Shown: positions 1 to 11,820 of the stretch, piece after piece | Layout: every line of letters starts with the position of its first letter | How positions within the stretch are numbered: the stretch's first letter is position 1 | NCBI RefSeq assembly: GCF_003991155.1 | Contig: NZ_CP031293.1 | DNA length: 64,000 nt | Source of the DNA: Escherichia coli | GTDB taxonomy: Bacteria > Pseudomonadota > Gammaproteobacteria > Enterobacterales > Enterobacteriaceae | Strand: one strand, 5' to 3' | Made by a program: the position numbers and the translations under genes | The notes under the pieces: model-generated | Seen by the model: the letters and a program-made list of their open reading frames with translations, nothing else | Told to the model about the DNA's origin: nothing | Databases searched by the model: none

Positions 1-668
1 ACTGGAGCCGTATCACCGCACCAGTTGATGGTCGCGTTGGTCTCAAGCAGGTTGATGTTGGTAACCAAATCTCCAGTGGTGATACCACCGGGATTGTGGT
101 GATCACCCAGACGCATCCTATCGATTTGCTCTTTACCCTGCCGGAAAGCGATATCGCTACCGTAGTACAGGCGCAAAAAACCGGAAAACCGCTGGTTGTT
201 GAAGCCTGGGATCGCACCAACTCGAAGAAATTAAGTGAAGGCACGCTGTTAAGTCTCGATAACCAAATCGATGCCACTACCGGTACGATTAAAGTGAAAG
301 CACGCTTTAATAATCAGGATGATGCGCTGTTTCCCAATCAGTTTGTTAACGCGCGTATGTTAGTCGACACCGAACAAAACGCCGTGGTGATCCCCACCGC
401 CGCCCTGCAAATGGGCAATGAAGGCCATTTTGTCTGGGTGCTGAATAGCGAAAACAAGGTCAGCAAACATCTGGTGACGCCGGGCATTCAGGACAGTCAG
501 AAAGTGGTGATCCGCGCAGGTATTTCTGCGGGCGATCGCGTGGTGACGGATGGCATTGATCGCCTGACCGAAGGGGCGAAAGTGGAAGTGGTGGAAGCCC
601 AGAGCGCCACCACTTCGGAAGAGAAAGCCACCAGCCGCGAATACGCGAAAAAAGGAGCACGCTCCTGA
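1..668 (+). CDS. mdtA: MdtA, RND multidrug efflux membrane-fusion protein (C-terminal part; gene starts upstream of window; first full codon at nt 3)
   Basis: ORF open from the window edge. The C-terminal beta-barrel/MP-domain-like sequence is followed by mdtBCD-baeSR in the canonical order. The stop TGA overlaps the mdtB ATG (ATGA at 666-670). Confidence 0.9.
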   Translation, partial: WSRITAPVDGRVGLKQVDVGNQISSGDTTGIVVITQTHPIDLLFTLPESDIATVVQAQKTGKPLVVEAWDRTNSKKLSEGTLLSLDNQIDATTGTIKVKARFNNQDDALFPNQFVNARMLVDTEQNAVVIPTAALQMGNEGHFVWVLNSENKVSKHLVTPGIQDSQKVVIRAGISAGDRVVTDGIDRLTEGAKVEVVEAQSATTSEEKATSREYAKKGARS

Positions 669-3600
669 TGCAGGTGTTACCCCCGAGCAGCACAGGCGGC
701 CCGTCGCGCCTGTTTATTATGCGTCCTGTCGCCACCACGCTGCTGATGGTGGCGATCTTACTCGCCGGGATTATCGGTTATCGAGCCCTGCCCGTTTCGG
801 CGCTGCCGGAAGTGGACTATCCGACCATTCAGGTGGTCACGCTTTATCCAGGTGCGAGCCCGGATGTCATGACCTCTGCCGTTACCGCGCCGCTCGAACG
901 CCAGTTCGGGCAGATGTCTGGCCTGAAACAGATGTCGTCGCAAAGTTCCGGCGGTGCGTCAGTTATCACTTTACAGTTCCAGCTAACATTACCGCTCGAT
1001 GTCGCCGAGCAGGAAGTGCAGGCCGCGATTAACGCTGCGACCAACTTGTTGCCGAGCGATCTGCCTAACCCGCCGGTTTACAGCAAAGTGAATCCGGCAG
1101 ATCCGCCGATCATGACGCTCGCCGTCACCTCAACCGCCATGCCGATGACCCAGGTGGAAGATATGGTGGAAACCCGCGTCGCGCAGAAAATCTCGCAGAT
1201 TTCCGGCGTCGGCCTGGTGACGCTTTCCGGCGGTCAGCGTCCGGCTGTTCGTGTCAAACTTAACGCTCAGGCGATTGCCGCCCTCGGCCTGACCAGCGAA
1301 ACCGTGCGCACCGCCATTACCGGCGCGAACGTTAACTCAGCGAAAGGTAGCCTCGACGGCCCTTCCCGCGCGGTCACGCTTTCCGCGAACGACCAGATGC
1401 AATCCGCCGAAGAGTATCGCCAGCTAATCATCGCCTACCAGAACGGCGCGCCGATTCGTCTGGGCGATGTCGCAACCGTAGAGCAAGGAGCAGAAAACAG
1501 CTGGCTCGGCGCGTGGGCGAACAAAGAACAGGCCATTGTGATGAATGTTCAGCGCCAGCCCGGTGCTAACATTATCTCCACCGCCGACAGCATCCGGCAG
1601 ATGCTGCCACAACTCACCGAGAGTTTGCCGAAATCGGTGAAGGTGACAGTACTTTCTGACCGTACCACCAATATTCGCGCATCCGTCGATGATACTCAGT
1701 TTGAATTAATGATGGCTATCGCGCTGGTAGTCATGATTATCTACCTGTTTTTGCGCAATATTCCGGCGACCATTATTCCTGGCGTCGCAGTGCCGCTGTC
1801 GTTAATCGGCACCTTCGCAGTCATGGTGTTTCTCGATTTTTCGATCAATAACCTGACGCTGATGGCATTAACTATCGCCACCGGATTCGTGGTCGATGAC
1901 GCCATCGTGGTGATCGAGAACATTTCGCGCTATATCGAAAAAGGCGAAAAACCGCTGGCGGCGGCGCTCAAGGGCGCGGGTGAAATCGGTTTTACCATTA
2001 TCTCGCTGACCTTCTCGCTGATTGCAGTGCTGATCCCGCTACTGTTTATGGGCGATATCGTCGGGCGACTGTTCCGCGAGTTTGCCATTACCCTGGCGGT
2101 AGCAATTTTGATCTCCGCCGTGGTGTCGCTGACTCTGACGCCGATGATGTGCGCGCGGATGCTCAGCCAGGAGTCGCTGCGTAAACAGAATCGCTTCTCC
2201 CGAGCCTCGGAGAAAATGTTCGACAGGATAATCGCCGCCTATGGTCGTGGACTGGCGAAAGTGCTGAATCATCCGTGGCTGACCTTAAGCGTGGCGCTCA
2301 GCACGCTGCTGCTTAGCGTGCTGTTGTGGGTGTTCATTCCGAAAGGTTTCTTCCCGGTACAGGACAACGGCATTATTCAGGGCACTTTGCAGGCACCGCA
2401 ATCCAGCTCCTTTACCAATATGGCCCAGCGGCAACGCCAGGTCGCGGATGTGATTTTGCAGGATCCGGCAGTGCAAAGTATGACCTCGTTTGTTGGCGTT
2501 GATGGCACTAACCCGTCGCTGAACAGTGCGCGTTTACAAATCAACCTCAAACCGTTGGATGAACGTGATGACCGGGTGCAAAAAGTCATCGCCCGTCTGC
2601 AAACGGCGGTCGATAAAGTGCCGGGCGTCGATCTCTTCCTGCAACCAACGCAGGATCTGACTATCGATACTCAGGTCAGCCGCACCCAGTACCAGTTTAC
2701 CTTGCAGGCCACATCGCTGGATGCGCTCAGCACCTGGGTGCCGCAACTCGTGGAAAAACTCCAGCAGTTGCCACAGCTTTCTGATGTCTCCAGTGACTGG
2801 CAGGACAAAGGGCTGGTGGCGTATGTCAATGTTGATCGCGACAGCGCCAGCCGTCTGGGGATCAGCATGGCGGACGTCGATAACGCCCTGTACAACGCGT
2901 TTGGTCAGCGACTGATTTCCACTATTTATACTCAGGCTAACCAGTATCGCGTGGTGCTGGAACACAACACTGAAAATACCCCAGGCCTCGCGGCGCTGGA
3001 TACTATCCGCCTGACCAGCAGCGACGGTGGCGTGGTGCCGCTAAGCTCAATTGCCAAAATTGAGCAGCGTTTTGCGCCGCTCTCCATCAACCATCTGAAT
3101 CAGTTCCCGGTAACGACTATCTCCTTTAACGTGCCGGATAACTATTCGCTGGGCGATGCGGTGCAGGCGATTATGGACACCGAAAAAACGCTGAATCTGC
3201 CGGTGGATATCACCACGCAGTTCCAGGGTAGCACCCTCGCCTTCCAGTCGGCATTGGGCAGCACTGTCTGGCTGATTGTCGCGGCGGTGGTGGCGATGTA
3301 TATCGTGCTCGGTATTCTGTATGAAAGTTTTATTCACCCGATCACCATTCTCTCGACGTTGCCAACGGCAGGTGTTGGCGCACTGCTGGCGCTAATGATT
3401 GCCGGAAGTGAGCTGGATGTGATCGCCATCATCGGCATTATTTTGCTGATCGGTATTGTGAAGAAAAACGCCATCATGATGATCGACTTCGCGCTGGCTG
3501 CTGAGCGCGAGCAAGGCATGTCGCCGCGCGAAGCTATTTACCAGGCTTGTCTGTTGCGTTTTCGTCCGATCCTGATGACCACTCTGGCGGCTCTGCTTGG

Positions 3601-3790
3601 CTCGCTGCCGCTGATGTTGAGTACCGGGGTCGGCGCGGAACTACGTCGTCCGTTAGGTATCGGCATGGTCGGCGGTCTGATAGTCAGCCAGGTGCTGACG
3701 CTGTTTACCACGCCGGTGATTTATTTGCTATTCGACCGCCTGGCATTGTGGACCAAAAGCCGCTTTGCCCGTCATGAAGAGGAGGCGTAA
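668..3790 (+). CDS. mdtB: MdtB, RND inner-membrane multidrug transporter subunit (1040 aa)
   Basis: Full-length 12-TM RND protein with AcrB-like motifs. Length and N-terminus ([27 protein letters not shown]) match MdtB as I recall it. Confidence 0.97.
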   Translation: MQVLPPSSTGGPSRLFIMRPVATTLLMVAILLAGIIGYRALPVSALPEVDYPTIQVVTLYPGASPDVMTSAVTAPLERQFGQMSGLKQMSSQSSGGASVITLQFQLTLPLDVAEQEVQAAINAATNLLPSDLPNPPVYSKVNPADPPIMTLAVTSTAMPMTQVEDMVETRVAQKISQISGVGLVTLSGGQRPAVRVKLNAQAIAALGLTSETVRTAITGANVNSAKGSLDGPSRAVTLSANDQMQSAEEYRQLIIAYQNGAPIRLGDVATVEQGAENSWLGAWANKEQAIVMNVQRQPGANIISTADSIRQMLPQLTESLPKSVKVTVLSDRTTNIRASVDDTQFELMMAIALVVMIIYLFLRNIPATIIPGVAVPLSLIGTFAVMVFLDFSINNLTLMALTIATGFVVDDAIVVIENISRYIEKGEKPLAAALKGAGEIGFTIISLTFSLIAVLIPLLFMGDIVGRLFREFAITLAVAILISAVVSLTLTPMMCARMLSQESLRKQNRFSRASEKMFDRIIAAYGRGLAKVLNHPWLTLSVALSTLLLSVLLWVFIPKGFFPVQDNGIIQGTLQAPQSSSFTNMAQRQRQVADVILQDPAVQSMTSFVGVDGTNPSLNSARLQINLKPLDERDDRVQKVIARLQTAVDKVPGVDLFLQPTQDLTIDTQVSRTQYQFTLQATSLDALSTWVPQLVEKLQQLPQLSDVSSDWQDKGLVAYVNVDRDSASRLGISMADVDNALYNAFGQRLISTIYTQANQYRVVLEHNTENTPGLAALDTIRLTSSDGGVVPLSSIAKIEQRFAPLSINHLNQFPVTTISFNVPDNYSLGDAVQAIMDTEKTLNLPVDITTQFQGSTLAFQSALGSTVWLIVAAVVAMYIVLGILYESFIHPITILSTLPTAGVGALLALMIAGSELDVIAIIGIILLIGIVKKNAIMMIDFALAAEREQGMSPREAIYQACLLRFRPILMTTLAALLGSLPLMLSTGVGAELRRPLGIGMVGGLIVSQVLTLFTTPVIYLLFDRLALWTKSRFARHEEEA

Positions 3791-6700
3791 GTGAAGTTTT
3801 TTGCCCTCTTCATTTACCGCCCGGTGGCGACGATTTTACTGTCGGTCGCCATTACCCTGTGCGGCATACTGGGTTTCCGTATGCTGCCAGTCGCCTCGCT
3901 GCCGCAGGTCGATTTTCCGGTGATCATGGTCAGCGCCTCGCTGCCCGGTGCGTCACCAGAAACAATGGCGTCTTCCGTTGCCACGCCGCTGGAGCGCTCA
4001 CTTGGGCGCATTGCCGGAGTCAGCGAAATGACCTCCAGCAGTTCGCTCGGCAGCACGCGCATTATTTTGCAGTTTGATTTTGACCGGGATATCAACGGCG
4101 CAGCGCGCGATGTGCAGGCGGCGATCAACGCCGCGCAAAGTCTGCTACCCAGCGGGATGCCCAGCCGTCCGACCTATCGCAAAGCGAACCCATCGGATGC
4201 GCCAATTATGATCCTCACGCTGACATCCGATACTTATTCGCAGGGTGAACTGTACGATTTCGCCTCGACACAGCTGGCTCCGACAATTTCGCAAATCGAC
4301 GGTGTCGGTGATGTCGATGTCGGCGGCAGCTCACTGCCCGCCGTACGCGTCGGGCTGAATCCGCAGGCGCTGTTTAATCAGGGCGTCTCGCTGGACGACG
4401 TACGCACTGCCATCAGCAATGCCAACGTGCGTAAACCGCAGGGCGCACTGGAAGATGGCACCCACCGCTGGCAGATCCAGACCAATGACGAACTGAAAAC
4501 TGCCGCTGAATATCAGCCGCTAATTATTCATTACAACAACGGCGGAGCGGTTCGTCTGGGCGATGTGGCGACGGTGACCGACTCAGTACAGGATGTGCGC
4601 AACGCCGGGATGACCAACGCCAAACCGGCTATTTTGCTGATGATCCGCAAGCTGCCGGAAGCCAATATTATCCAGACGGTAGACAGCATCCGCGCCCGTC
4701 TGCCGGAATTACAATCCACCATCCCGGCAGCAATTGATCTGCAAATTGCCCAGGATCGCTCCCCTACTATCCGCGCGTCGCTGGAAGAGGTTGAGCAGAC
4801 GCTGATTATCTCGGTGGCGCTGGTGATTCTGGTGGTGTTTTTATTCCTGCGCTCGGGTCGCGCCACTATTATTCCCGCCGTTGCGGTGCCGGTTTCGCTG
4901 ATTGGTACGTTTGCGGCGATGTACCTGTGCGGATTCAGTCTCAATAACCTTTCGTTAATGGCACTCACCATCGCTACTGGTTTCGTGGTGGATGACGCCA
5001 TCGTGGTGCTGGAAAACATTGCCCGTCATCTGGAAGCGGGGATGAAACCGCTACAGGCCGCGCTACAAGGTACTCGCGAAGTCGGCTTTACGGTGCTGTC
5101 GATGAGTCTGTCACTGGTGGCGGTGTTCCTGCCGCTGCTGTTGATGGGCGGATTGCCGGGTCGCCTGTTACGCGAGTTTGCCGTGACGCTTTCTGTCGCC
5201 ATTGGTATTTCGTTGCTGGTTTCCCTGACGTTAACGCCGATGATGTGCGGCTGGATGCTGAAAGCCAGCAAGCCGCGCGAGCAAAAGCGACTGCGTGGTT
5301 TTGGTCGCATGTTGGTAGCCCTGCAACAAGGCTATGGCAAGTCGCTGAAATGGGTGCTCAATCATACCCGTCTGGTGGGCGTGGTGCTGCTTGGCACCAT
5401 TGCGCTGAATATCTGGCTGTATATCTCGATCCCGAAAACCTTCTTCCCGGAGCAGGACACAGGCGTACTGATGGGCGGGATACAGGCTGACCAGAGTATT
5501 TCGTTTCAGGCGATGCGCGGCAAGTTGCAGGACTTCATGAAAATTATCCGTGACGATCCGGCGGTGGATAATGTCACCGGCTTTACTGGCGGTTCACGGG
5601 TGAACAGTGGAATGATGTTTATCACGCTTAAACCACGCGGCGAGCGGAGCGAAACGGCCCAGCAAATTATCGACCGTCTGCGGGTAAAGCTGGCGAAAGA
5701 GCCGGGGGCGAATCTGTTCCTGATGGCGGTACAGGATATTCGCGTTGGCGGACGTCAGTCGAACGCCAGCTATCAGTACACGTTACTGTCCGACGACCTG
5801 GCGGCACTGCGCGAATGGGAGCCGAAAATTCGCAAAAAACTGGCGACGTTGCCGGAACTGGCGGACGTGAACTCCGACCAGCAGGATAACGGCGCGGAAA
5901 TGAATCTGGTTTACGACCGCGACACCATGGCACGGCTGGGAATCGACGTGCAGGCCGCCAACAGCCTGTTAAATAACGCCTTCGGTCAGCGGCAAATCTC
6001 GACCATTTACCAGCCGATGAACCAGTATAAAGTGGTGATGGAAGTGGATCCGCGCTATACCCAGGACATCAGTGCGCTGGAAAAAATGTTCGTTATCAAT
6101 AACGAAGGAAAAGCGATCCCGCTGTCGTATTTCGCTAAATGGCAACCGGCGAATGCCCCACTATCGGTGAATCATCAGGGATTATCGGCGGCCTCGACCA
6201 TCTCGTTCAACCTGCCGACCGGGAAATCGCTCTCGGACGCCAGTGCGGCGATCGATCGCGCAATGACCCAGCTTGGTGTGCCTTCGACGGTGCGCGGCAG
6301 TTTTGCCGGCACGGCGCAGGTGTTCCAGGAGACGATGAACTCGCAGGTGATCCTGATTATCGCCGCCATCGCCACGGTGTATATCGTGCTGGGTATCCTT
6401 TACGAGAGTTACGTACATCCGCTGACGATCCTCTCCACCCTGCCCTCGGCGGGCGTTGGTGCGCTGCTGGCGCTGGAGCTGTTTAATGCCCCGTTCAGCC
6501 TAATCGCCCTGATAGGAATCATGCTATTAATCGGCATCGTGAAGAAAAACGCCATTATGATGGTCGATTTTGCGCTCGAAGCCCAACGGCACGGTAACCT
6601 GACGCCGCAGGAAGCTATTTTCCAGGCCTGTCTGCTGCGTTTTCGCCCGATTATGATGACTACCCTGGCGGCGCTGTTTGGCGCGCTGCCGCTGGTGTTG

Positions 6701-6868
6701 TCGGGCGGTGACGGCTCGGAGCTGCGGCAACCCCTGGGGATCACCATTGTCGGCGGTCTGGTAATGAGCCAGCTTCTGACGCTGTATACCACGCCGGTGG
6801 TGTATCTCTTTTTCGACCGTCTGCGGCTGCGTTTTTCGCGTAAACCTAAACAAACGATAACCGAGTAA
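3791..6868 (+). CDS. mdtC: MdtC, RND inner-membrane multidrug transporter subunit (1025 aa, GTG start)
   Basis: Paralogous RND protein immediately after mdtB. GTG start at 3791, one nt after the mdtB stop. Confidence 0.97.
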   Translation: MKFFALFIYRPVATILLSVAITLCGILGFRMLPVASLPQVDFPVIMVSASLPGASPETMASSVATPLERSLGRIAGVSEMTSSSSLGSTRIILQFDFDRDINGAARDVQAAINAAQSLLPSGMPSRPTYRKANPSDAPIMILTLTSDTYSQGELYDFASTQLAPTISQIDGVGDVDVGGSSLPAVRVGLNPQALFNQGVSLDDVRTAISNANVRKPQGALEDGTHRWQIQTNDELKTAAEYQPLIIHYNNGGAVRLGDVATVTDSVQDVRNAGMTNAKPAILLMIRKLPEANIIQTVDSIRARLPELQSTIPAAIDLQIAQDRSPTIRASLEEVEQTLIISVALVILVVFLFLRSGRATIIPAVAVPVSLIGTFAAMYLCGFSLNNLSLMALTIATGFVVDDAIVVLENIARHLEAGMKPLQAALQGTREVGFTVLSMSLSLVAVFLPLLLMGGLPGRLLREFAVTLSVAIGISLLVSLTLTPMMCGWMLKASKPREQKRLRGFGRMLVALQQGYGKSLKWVLNHTRLVGVVLLGTIALNIWLYISIPKTFFPEQDTGVLMGGIQADQSISFQAMRGKLQDFMKIIRDDPAVDNVTGFTGGSRVNSGMMFITLKPRGERSETAQQIIDRLRVKLAKEPGANLFLMAVQDIRVGGRQSNASYQYTLLSDDLAALREWEPKIRKKLATLPELADVNSDQQDNGAEMNLVYDRDTMARLGIDVQAANSLLNNAFGQRQISTIYQPMNQYKVVMEVDPRYTQDISALEKMFVINNEGKAIPLSYFAKWQPANAPLSVNHQGLSAASTISFNLPTGKSLSDASAAIDRAMTQLGVPSTVRGSFAGTAQVFQETMNSQVILIIAAIATVYIVLGILYESYVHPLTILSTLPSAGVGALLALELFNAPFSLIALIGIMLLIGIVKKNAIMMVDFALEAQRHGNLTPQEAIFQACLLRFRPIMMTTLAALFGALPLVLSGGDGSELRQPLGITIVGGLVMSQLLTLYTTPVVYLFFDRLRLRFSRKPKQTITE

Positions 6869-8284
6869 ATGACAGATCTTCCCGACAGCACCCGCTGGCA
6901 ATTGTGGATTGTGGCTTTCGGCTTCTTTATGCAGTCGCTGGACACCACCATCGTAAACACTGCCCTTCCCTCAATGGCGCAAAGCCTCGGGGAAAGTCCG
7001 TTGCATATGCACATGGTCATTGTCTCTTATGTGCTGACCGTGGCGGTGATGCTGCCCGCCAGCGGCTGGCTGGCGGACAAAGTCGGCGTGCGCAATATTT
7101 TCTTTACCGCCATCGTGCTGTTTACTCTCGGTTCACTGTTTTGCGCACTTTCCGGCACGCTGAACGAACTGTTGCTGGCACGCGCGTTACAGGGCGTTGG
7201 CGGTGCGATGATGGTGCCGGTCGGCAGGTTGACGGTGATGAAAATCGTACCGCGCGAGCAATATATGGCGGCGATGACCTTTGTCACGTTACCCGGTCAG
7301 GTCGGGCCGCTGCTCGGTCCGGCACTCGGCGGCCTGCTGGTGGAGTACGCCTCCTGGCACTGGATCTTTTTGATCAACATTCCGGTGGGGATTATCGGTG
7401 CGATCGCCACACTGATGTTAATGCCGAACTACACCATGCAGACGCGGCGCTTTGATCTCTCCGGCTTTTTATTGCTGGCGGTTGGCATGGCGGTATTAAC
7501 CCTGGCGCTGGACGGCAGTAAAGGTACAGGTTTATCGCCGCTGGCGATTGCTGGCCTGGTCACAGTTGGTGTGGTGGCACTGGTGCTTTATCTGCTGCAC
7601 GCCAGAAATAACAACCGCGCTCTTTTCAGTCTGAAACTGTTCCGCACTCGTACCTTTTCACTGGGCCTGGCGGGGAGCTTTGCCGGACGTATCGGTAGCG
7701 GCATGTTGCCCTTTATGACGCCGGTTTTCCTGCAAATTGGCCTCGGTTTCTCGCCTTTTCATGCCGGACTGATGATGATCCCGATGGTGCTTGGCAGCAT
7801 GGGAATGAAGCGAATTGTGGTACAGGTGGTGAATCGCTTTGGTTATCGTCGGGTACTGGTAGCGACCACGCTGGGTCTGTCGCTGGTCACCATGTTGTTT
7901 ATGACCACCGCGCTGCTGGGCTGGTACTACGTTTTACCGTTCGTCCTGTTTTTACAAGGAATGGTCAACTCAACGCGTTTCTCCTCCATGAACACCCTGA
8001 CGCTGAAAGATCTCCCGGACAATCTGGCGAGCAGCGGAAACAGCCTGCTGTCGATGATTATGCAATTGTCGATGAGTATCGGCGTCACTATCGCCGGGCT
8101 GTTGCTGGGACTTTTTGGTTCACAGCATGTCAGCGTCGACAGCGGCACCACACAAACCGTCTTTATGTACACCTGGCTTAGCATGGCGTTTATCATCGCC
8201 CTTCCGGCGTTCATCTTTGCCAGAGTGCCGAACGATACGCATCAAAATGTCGCTATTTCGCGGCGAAAAAGGAGCGCGCAATGA
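6869..8284 (+). CDS. mdtD: MdtD, MFS transporter (471 aa)
   Basis: 14-TM MFS-like sequence in operon position after mdtC. Abuts the mdtC stop. Confidence 0.95.
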   Translation: MTDLPDSTRWQLWIVAFGFFMQSLDTTIVNTALPSMAQSLGESPLHMHMVIVSYVLTVAVMLPASGWLADKVGVRNIFFTAIVLFTLGSLFCALSGTLNELLLARALQGVGGAMMVPVGRLTVMKIVPREQYMAAMTFVTLPGQVGPLLGPALGGLLVEYASWHWIFLINIPVGIIGAIATLMLMPNYTMQTRRFDLSGFLLLAVGMAVLTLALDGSKGTGLSPLAIAGLVTVGVVALVLYLLHARNNNRALFSLKLFRTRTFSLGLAGSFAGRIGSGMLPFMTPVFLQIGLGFSPFHAGLMMIPMVLGSMGMKRIVVQVVNRFGYRRVLVATTLGLSLVTMLFMTTALLGWYYVLPFVLFLQGMVNSTRFSSMNTLTLKDLPDNLASSGNSLLSMIMQLSMSIGVTIAGLLLGLFGSQHVSVDSGTTQTVFMYTWLSMAFIIALPAFIFARVPNDTHQNVAISRRKRSAQ

Positions 8285-9684
8285 AGTTCTGGCGACCCGG
8301 TATTACCGGCAAACTGTTTCTGGCGATTTTCGCCACCTGCATTGTCTTGCTGATCAGTATGCACTGGGCGGTGCGTATCAGTTTTGAGCGTGGCTTTATT
8401 GATTACATCAAGCATGGTAATGAACAACGGCTGCAAATGCTCGGCGATGCGCTTGGTGAGCAGTACGCCCAGCACGGGAACTGGCGCTTCCTGCGTAATA
8501 ACGATCGCTTTGTATTTCAGATCCTACGTTCGCTGGAGCATGATAACAACGAAGATAAGCCCGGCCCCGGTATGCCGCCACACGGCTGGCGCACGCAATT
8601 CTGGGTGGTTGATCAAAACAACAAAGTGCTGGTTGGCCCGCGAGCACCGATTCCACCAGACGGCACACGGCGGCCCATTATGGTCAATGGGGCGGAAGTG
8701 GGTGCGGTGATCGCCTCCCCTGTTGAACGACTGACCCGCAATACCGATATCAATTTTGACAGACAACAGAGGCAAACCAGTTGGCTGATTGTCGCTTTAT
8801 CTACCTTGTTAGCGGCGCTGGCGACATTCCCACTGGCGCGCGGTTTGCTGGCTCCGGTCAAACGACTGGTGGACGGTACACACAAACTGGCAGCGGGCGA
8901 TTTCACTACTCGCGTAGCCCCCACCAGCGAAGATGAGTTGGGCAGACTGGCAGAGGATTTCAATCAACTCGCCAGCACACTGGAGAAAAACCAGCAGATG
9001 CGCCGCGATTTTATGGCCGATATCTCCCACGAGCTGCGCACGCCTTTAGCGGTACTGCGCGGCGAACTGGAAGCTATTCAGGATGGCGTGCGTAAATTCA
9101 CGCCGGAGACGGTGGCTTCTTTACAGGCAGAGGTCGGTACACTGACCAAACTGGTGGATGATCTTCATCAATTGTCGATGTCTGATGAAGGCGCTCTCGC
9201 CTATCAAAAAGCACCGGTAGATTTGATCCCACTGCTGGAAGTGGCGGGCGGCGCATTTCGCGAACGATTCGCCAGCCGTGGCCTGAAACTGCAATTTTCC
9301 CTGCCAGACAGTATTACCGTATTTGGCGATCGCGACCGTTTAATGCAGTTATTCAATAACTTACTGGAAAACAGCCTGCGCTACACTGATAGCGGCGGTA
9401 GCCTGAAAATCTCTGCCGAGCAGCACGACAAAACGGTGCGCCTGACCTTTGCCGACAGTGCACCGGGCGTTAGTGACGATCAACTGGAAAAATTGTTTGA
9501 GCGTTTTTATCGCACCGAAGGTTCCCGCAACCGTGCCAGCGGCGGTTCCGGCTTGGGGCTGGCGATTTGTCTTAACATTGTTGAAGCACATAATGGTCGC
9601 ATTGTTGCCGCTCATTCGCCTTTTGGCGGGGTAAGCATTACAGTAGAGTTACCGCTGGAACGGGATTTACAGAGAGAAGTATGA
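8281..9684 (+). CDS. baeS: BaeS envelope-stress sensor histidine kinase (467 aa)
   Basis: HAMP region, H-box (SHELRTPL) and N/G1/G2 ATPase boxes (GGSGLGLAI). 4-nt overlap with mdtD. Confidence 0.95.
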
Positions 9685-10403
9685 CCGAGTTACCAATCGA
9701 CGAAAACACGCCACGTATTTTGATCGTGGAAGATGAACCGAAGCTGGGGCAGTTGCTTATTGATTATCTGCGTGCTGCGAGCTATGCGCCGACGCTTATC
9801 AGCCACGGCGATCAGGTACTGCCATATGTGCGCCAGACACCACCGGATCTGATCCTGTTGGATCTGATGCTCCCTGGCACCGATGGCCTGACGTTGTGTC
9901 GGGAGATTCGTCGTTTTTCTGACATTCCGATCGTGATGGTGACAGCAAAAATCGAAGAGATCGACCGCCTGCTCGGGCTGGAGATTGGCGCAGATGATTA
10001 TATCTGTAAGCCGTACAGCCCACGGGAAGTGGTAGCGCGCGTCAAAACCATTTTGCGCCGTTGCAAACCGCAGCGCGAGTTGCAGCAACAGGATGCTGAA
10101 AGCCCGTTGATTATCGACGAAGGTCGTTTTCAGGCTTCATGGCGCGGAAAAATGCTTGACCTGACGCCTGCGGAATTTCGTCTGCTGAAAACGCTCTCTC
10201 ATGAACCAGGAAAAGTGTTCTCCCGCGAGCAATTGCTCAATCATCTTTATGACGACTACCGCGTAGTAACCGACCGCACCATCGACAGCCACATTAAAAA
10301 CCTGCGCCGCAAGCTGGAATCTCTCGACGCCGAACAGTCATTTATCCGCGCCGTTTACGGCGTCGGTTACCGCTGGGAAGCCGACGCCTGCCGCATCGTT
10401 TAA
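9681..10403 (+). CDS. baeR: BaeR OmpR-family response regulator (240 aa)
   Basis: Receiver domain (ILIVEDE..DLMLPG) plus a winged-helix OmpR C-terminus. 4-nt overlap with baeS. Confidence 0.95.
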
Positions 10404-10411
10404 TATTTTTA

Positions 10412-10447
10412 CCTGCCGGAGAAGGCATTCACGCCGCATCCGGCAAC
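10412..10447 (-). repeat. REP (repetitive extragenic palindrome) element
   Basis: The reverse complement reads TTGCCGGATGCGGCGTGAATGCCTTCTCCGGCAGG, which is the canonical GCCGGATG...CCGGC REP architecture. Confidence 0.6.
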
Positions 10448-10582
10448 ATTATCCCATGCATTGTCGGCTATCTGACATTATCTCTCCGCCCTGGCAAGCA
10501 CCTGAAAATCGCTCATACTTTAATCGGCAAACAGTCCTTTTAGATGCTGTTTTCGATACGCAATTTCAATCAAGGAGTCATT

Positions 10583-10915
10583 ATGGCTGGTTGGTTTGAA
10601 CTCAGTAAGAGCAGTGATAATCAGTTCCGGTTTGTGCTAAAAGCGGGCAATGGTGAGACTATCCTCACCAGCGAGCTGTATACCTCAAAAGCCTCTGCGG
10701 AAAAGGGCATCGCGTCGGTACGTAGCAACAGCCCGCAAGAAGAACGCTATGAGAAAAAAACGGCAAGCAACGGCAAATTCTATTTCAATCTGAAAGCCGC
10801 CAATCATCAAATTATCGGCTCCAGCCAGATGTACGCCACCGCGCAATCTCGTGAAACCGGAATTGCCTCCGTTAAAGCCAATGGCACAAGCCAGACGGTA
10901 AAAGACAATACGTAA
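10583..10915 (+). CDS. yegP: YegP, tandem DUF1508 small protein (110 aa)
   Basis: Start MAGWFELSKSSDNQFRFVLKAGNGE preceded by AAGGAG. Internal duplication (..FRFVLKAGNGE.. / ..FYFNLKAANHQ..). Confidence 0.85.
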   Translation: MAGWFELSKSSDNQFRFVLKAGNGETILTSELYTSKASAEKGIASVRSNSPQEERYEKKTASNGKFYFNLKAANHQIIGSSQMYATAQSRETGIASVKANGTSQTVKDNT

Positions 10916-11168
10916 TTACGATGCCGGGCGTGGGTTGTTGGCGTCCGGCTTTATATCAAAACAACTCTTAGTTATTGATAATTAAGATTAACCTCCGCCA
11001 TTAAAATAGTGGGCACTGACGAGCACTCGTTGTGCTTTCTTTGTTTACCATCCCATACTTATCTTCCTGAACATGTTCATATGCCAAAATATCTTCTAAT
11101 ACTTTCGTGACGCTATCCGGTTTATGAAATACACTGATGTAAGATTTTTACTTACAGGCGGGTGTAAA

Positions 11169-11420
11169 ATGGCCAGAACGATGACGGTTGATCTCGGCGA
11201 TGAGTTGCGTGAATTTATCGAGTCCTTAATTGAATCCGGCGACTATCGCACCCAAAGCGAAGTGATCCGTGAGTCGCTGCGCTTACTTCGAGAAAAGCAA
11301 GCAGAGTCTCGCCTGCAAGCGTTACGTGACATGCTCGCTGAAGGGTTGAGTAGTGGTGAAGCTCAGCCGTGGGAAAAGGACGCGTTTTTACGGAAGGTGA
11401 AAGCAGGGATAAGGAAATAA
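11169..11420 (+). CDS. ParD-family (RHH) type II antitoxin (83 aa)
   Basis: MARTMTVDLGDELREFIESLIESGDYRTQSEVIRESLRLLREKQ is the typical ParD/COG3609 N-terminus. Stop lies 1 nt before the toxin start. Confidence 0.8.
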   Translation: MARTMTVDLGDELREFIESLIESGDYRTQSEVIRESLRLLREKQAESRLQALRDMLAEGLSSGEAQPWEKDAFLRKVKAGIRK

Positions 11421-11421
11421 T

Positions 11422-11718
11422 GTGCGTACTATAAAACTCATGCCAAAAGCCAATGAGGATTTAGAAGGCATCTGGTATTACAGCTATCACCATTTCGGCG
11501 AACCACAAGCCGACAGATATGTGGAACATCTTTCAGACGTTCTCCAGATTCTGAGTAACAATAATATAGGTACGCCCAGACCTGAATTAGGCGAAGGTAT
11601 TTTTGTTCTTCCTTTTGAACGCCACGTAATTTATTTCCTGCAATCGCCAGAGGAAATTATCGTCATTCGTATCCTTAACCAAAACCAGGACGCCTCCAGA
11701 CATTTACACTGGAGCTAA
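11422..11718 (+). CDS. ParE/RelE-superfamily type II toxin (98 aa, GTG start; ATG at 11440 is the alternative)
   Basis: ParE-like pattern (..A..DLEGIWYY.......A.RY...L......L......G.PR.EL..G......H.I.Y......I.I.RIL....D). Tightly coupled to the upstream ParD. Confidence 0.8.
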   Translation: MRTIKLMPKANEDLEGIWYYSYHHFGEPQADRYVEHLSDVLQILSNNNIGTPRPELGEGIFVLPFERHVIYFLQSPEEIIVIRILNQNQDASRHLHWS

Positions 11719-11820
11719 ACCCGCCGATTGCGCTACAATGCCCGCCCTTAAAGTGGGGGCACTCCCCTAACCGCTTCATCAGGTGAAGCGGATCTGACCT
11801 GTCATCAGAACGAGAGAATT

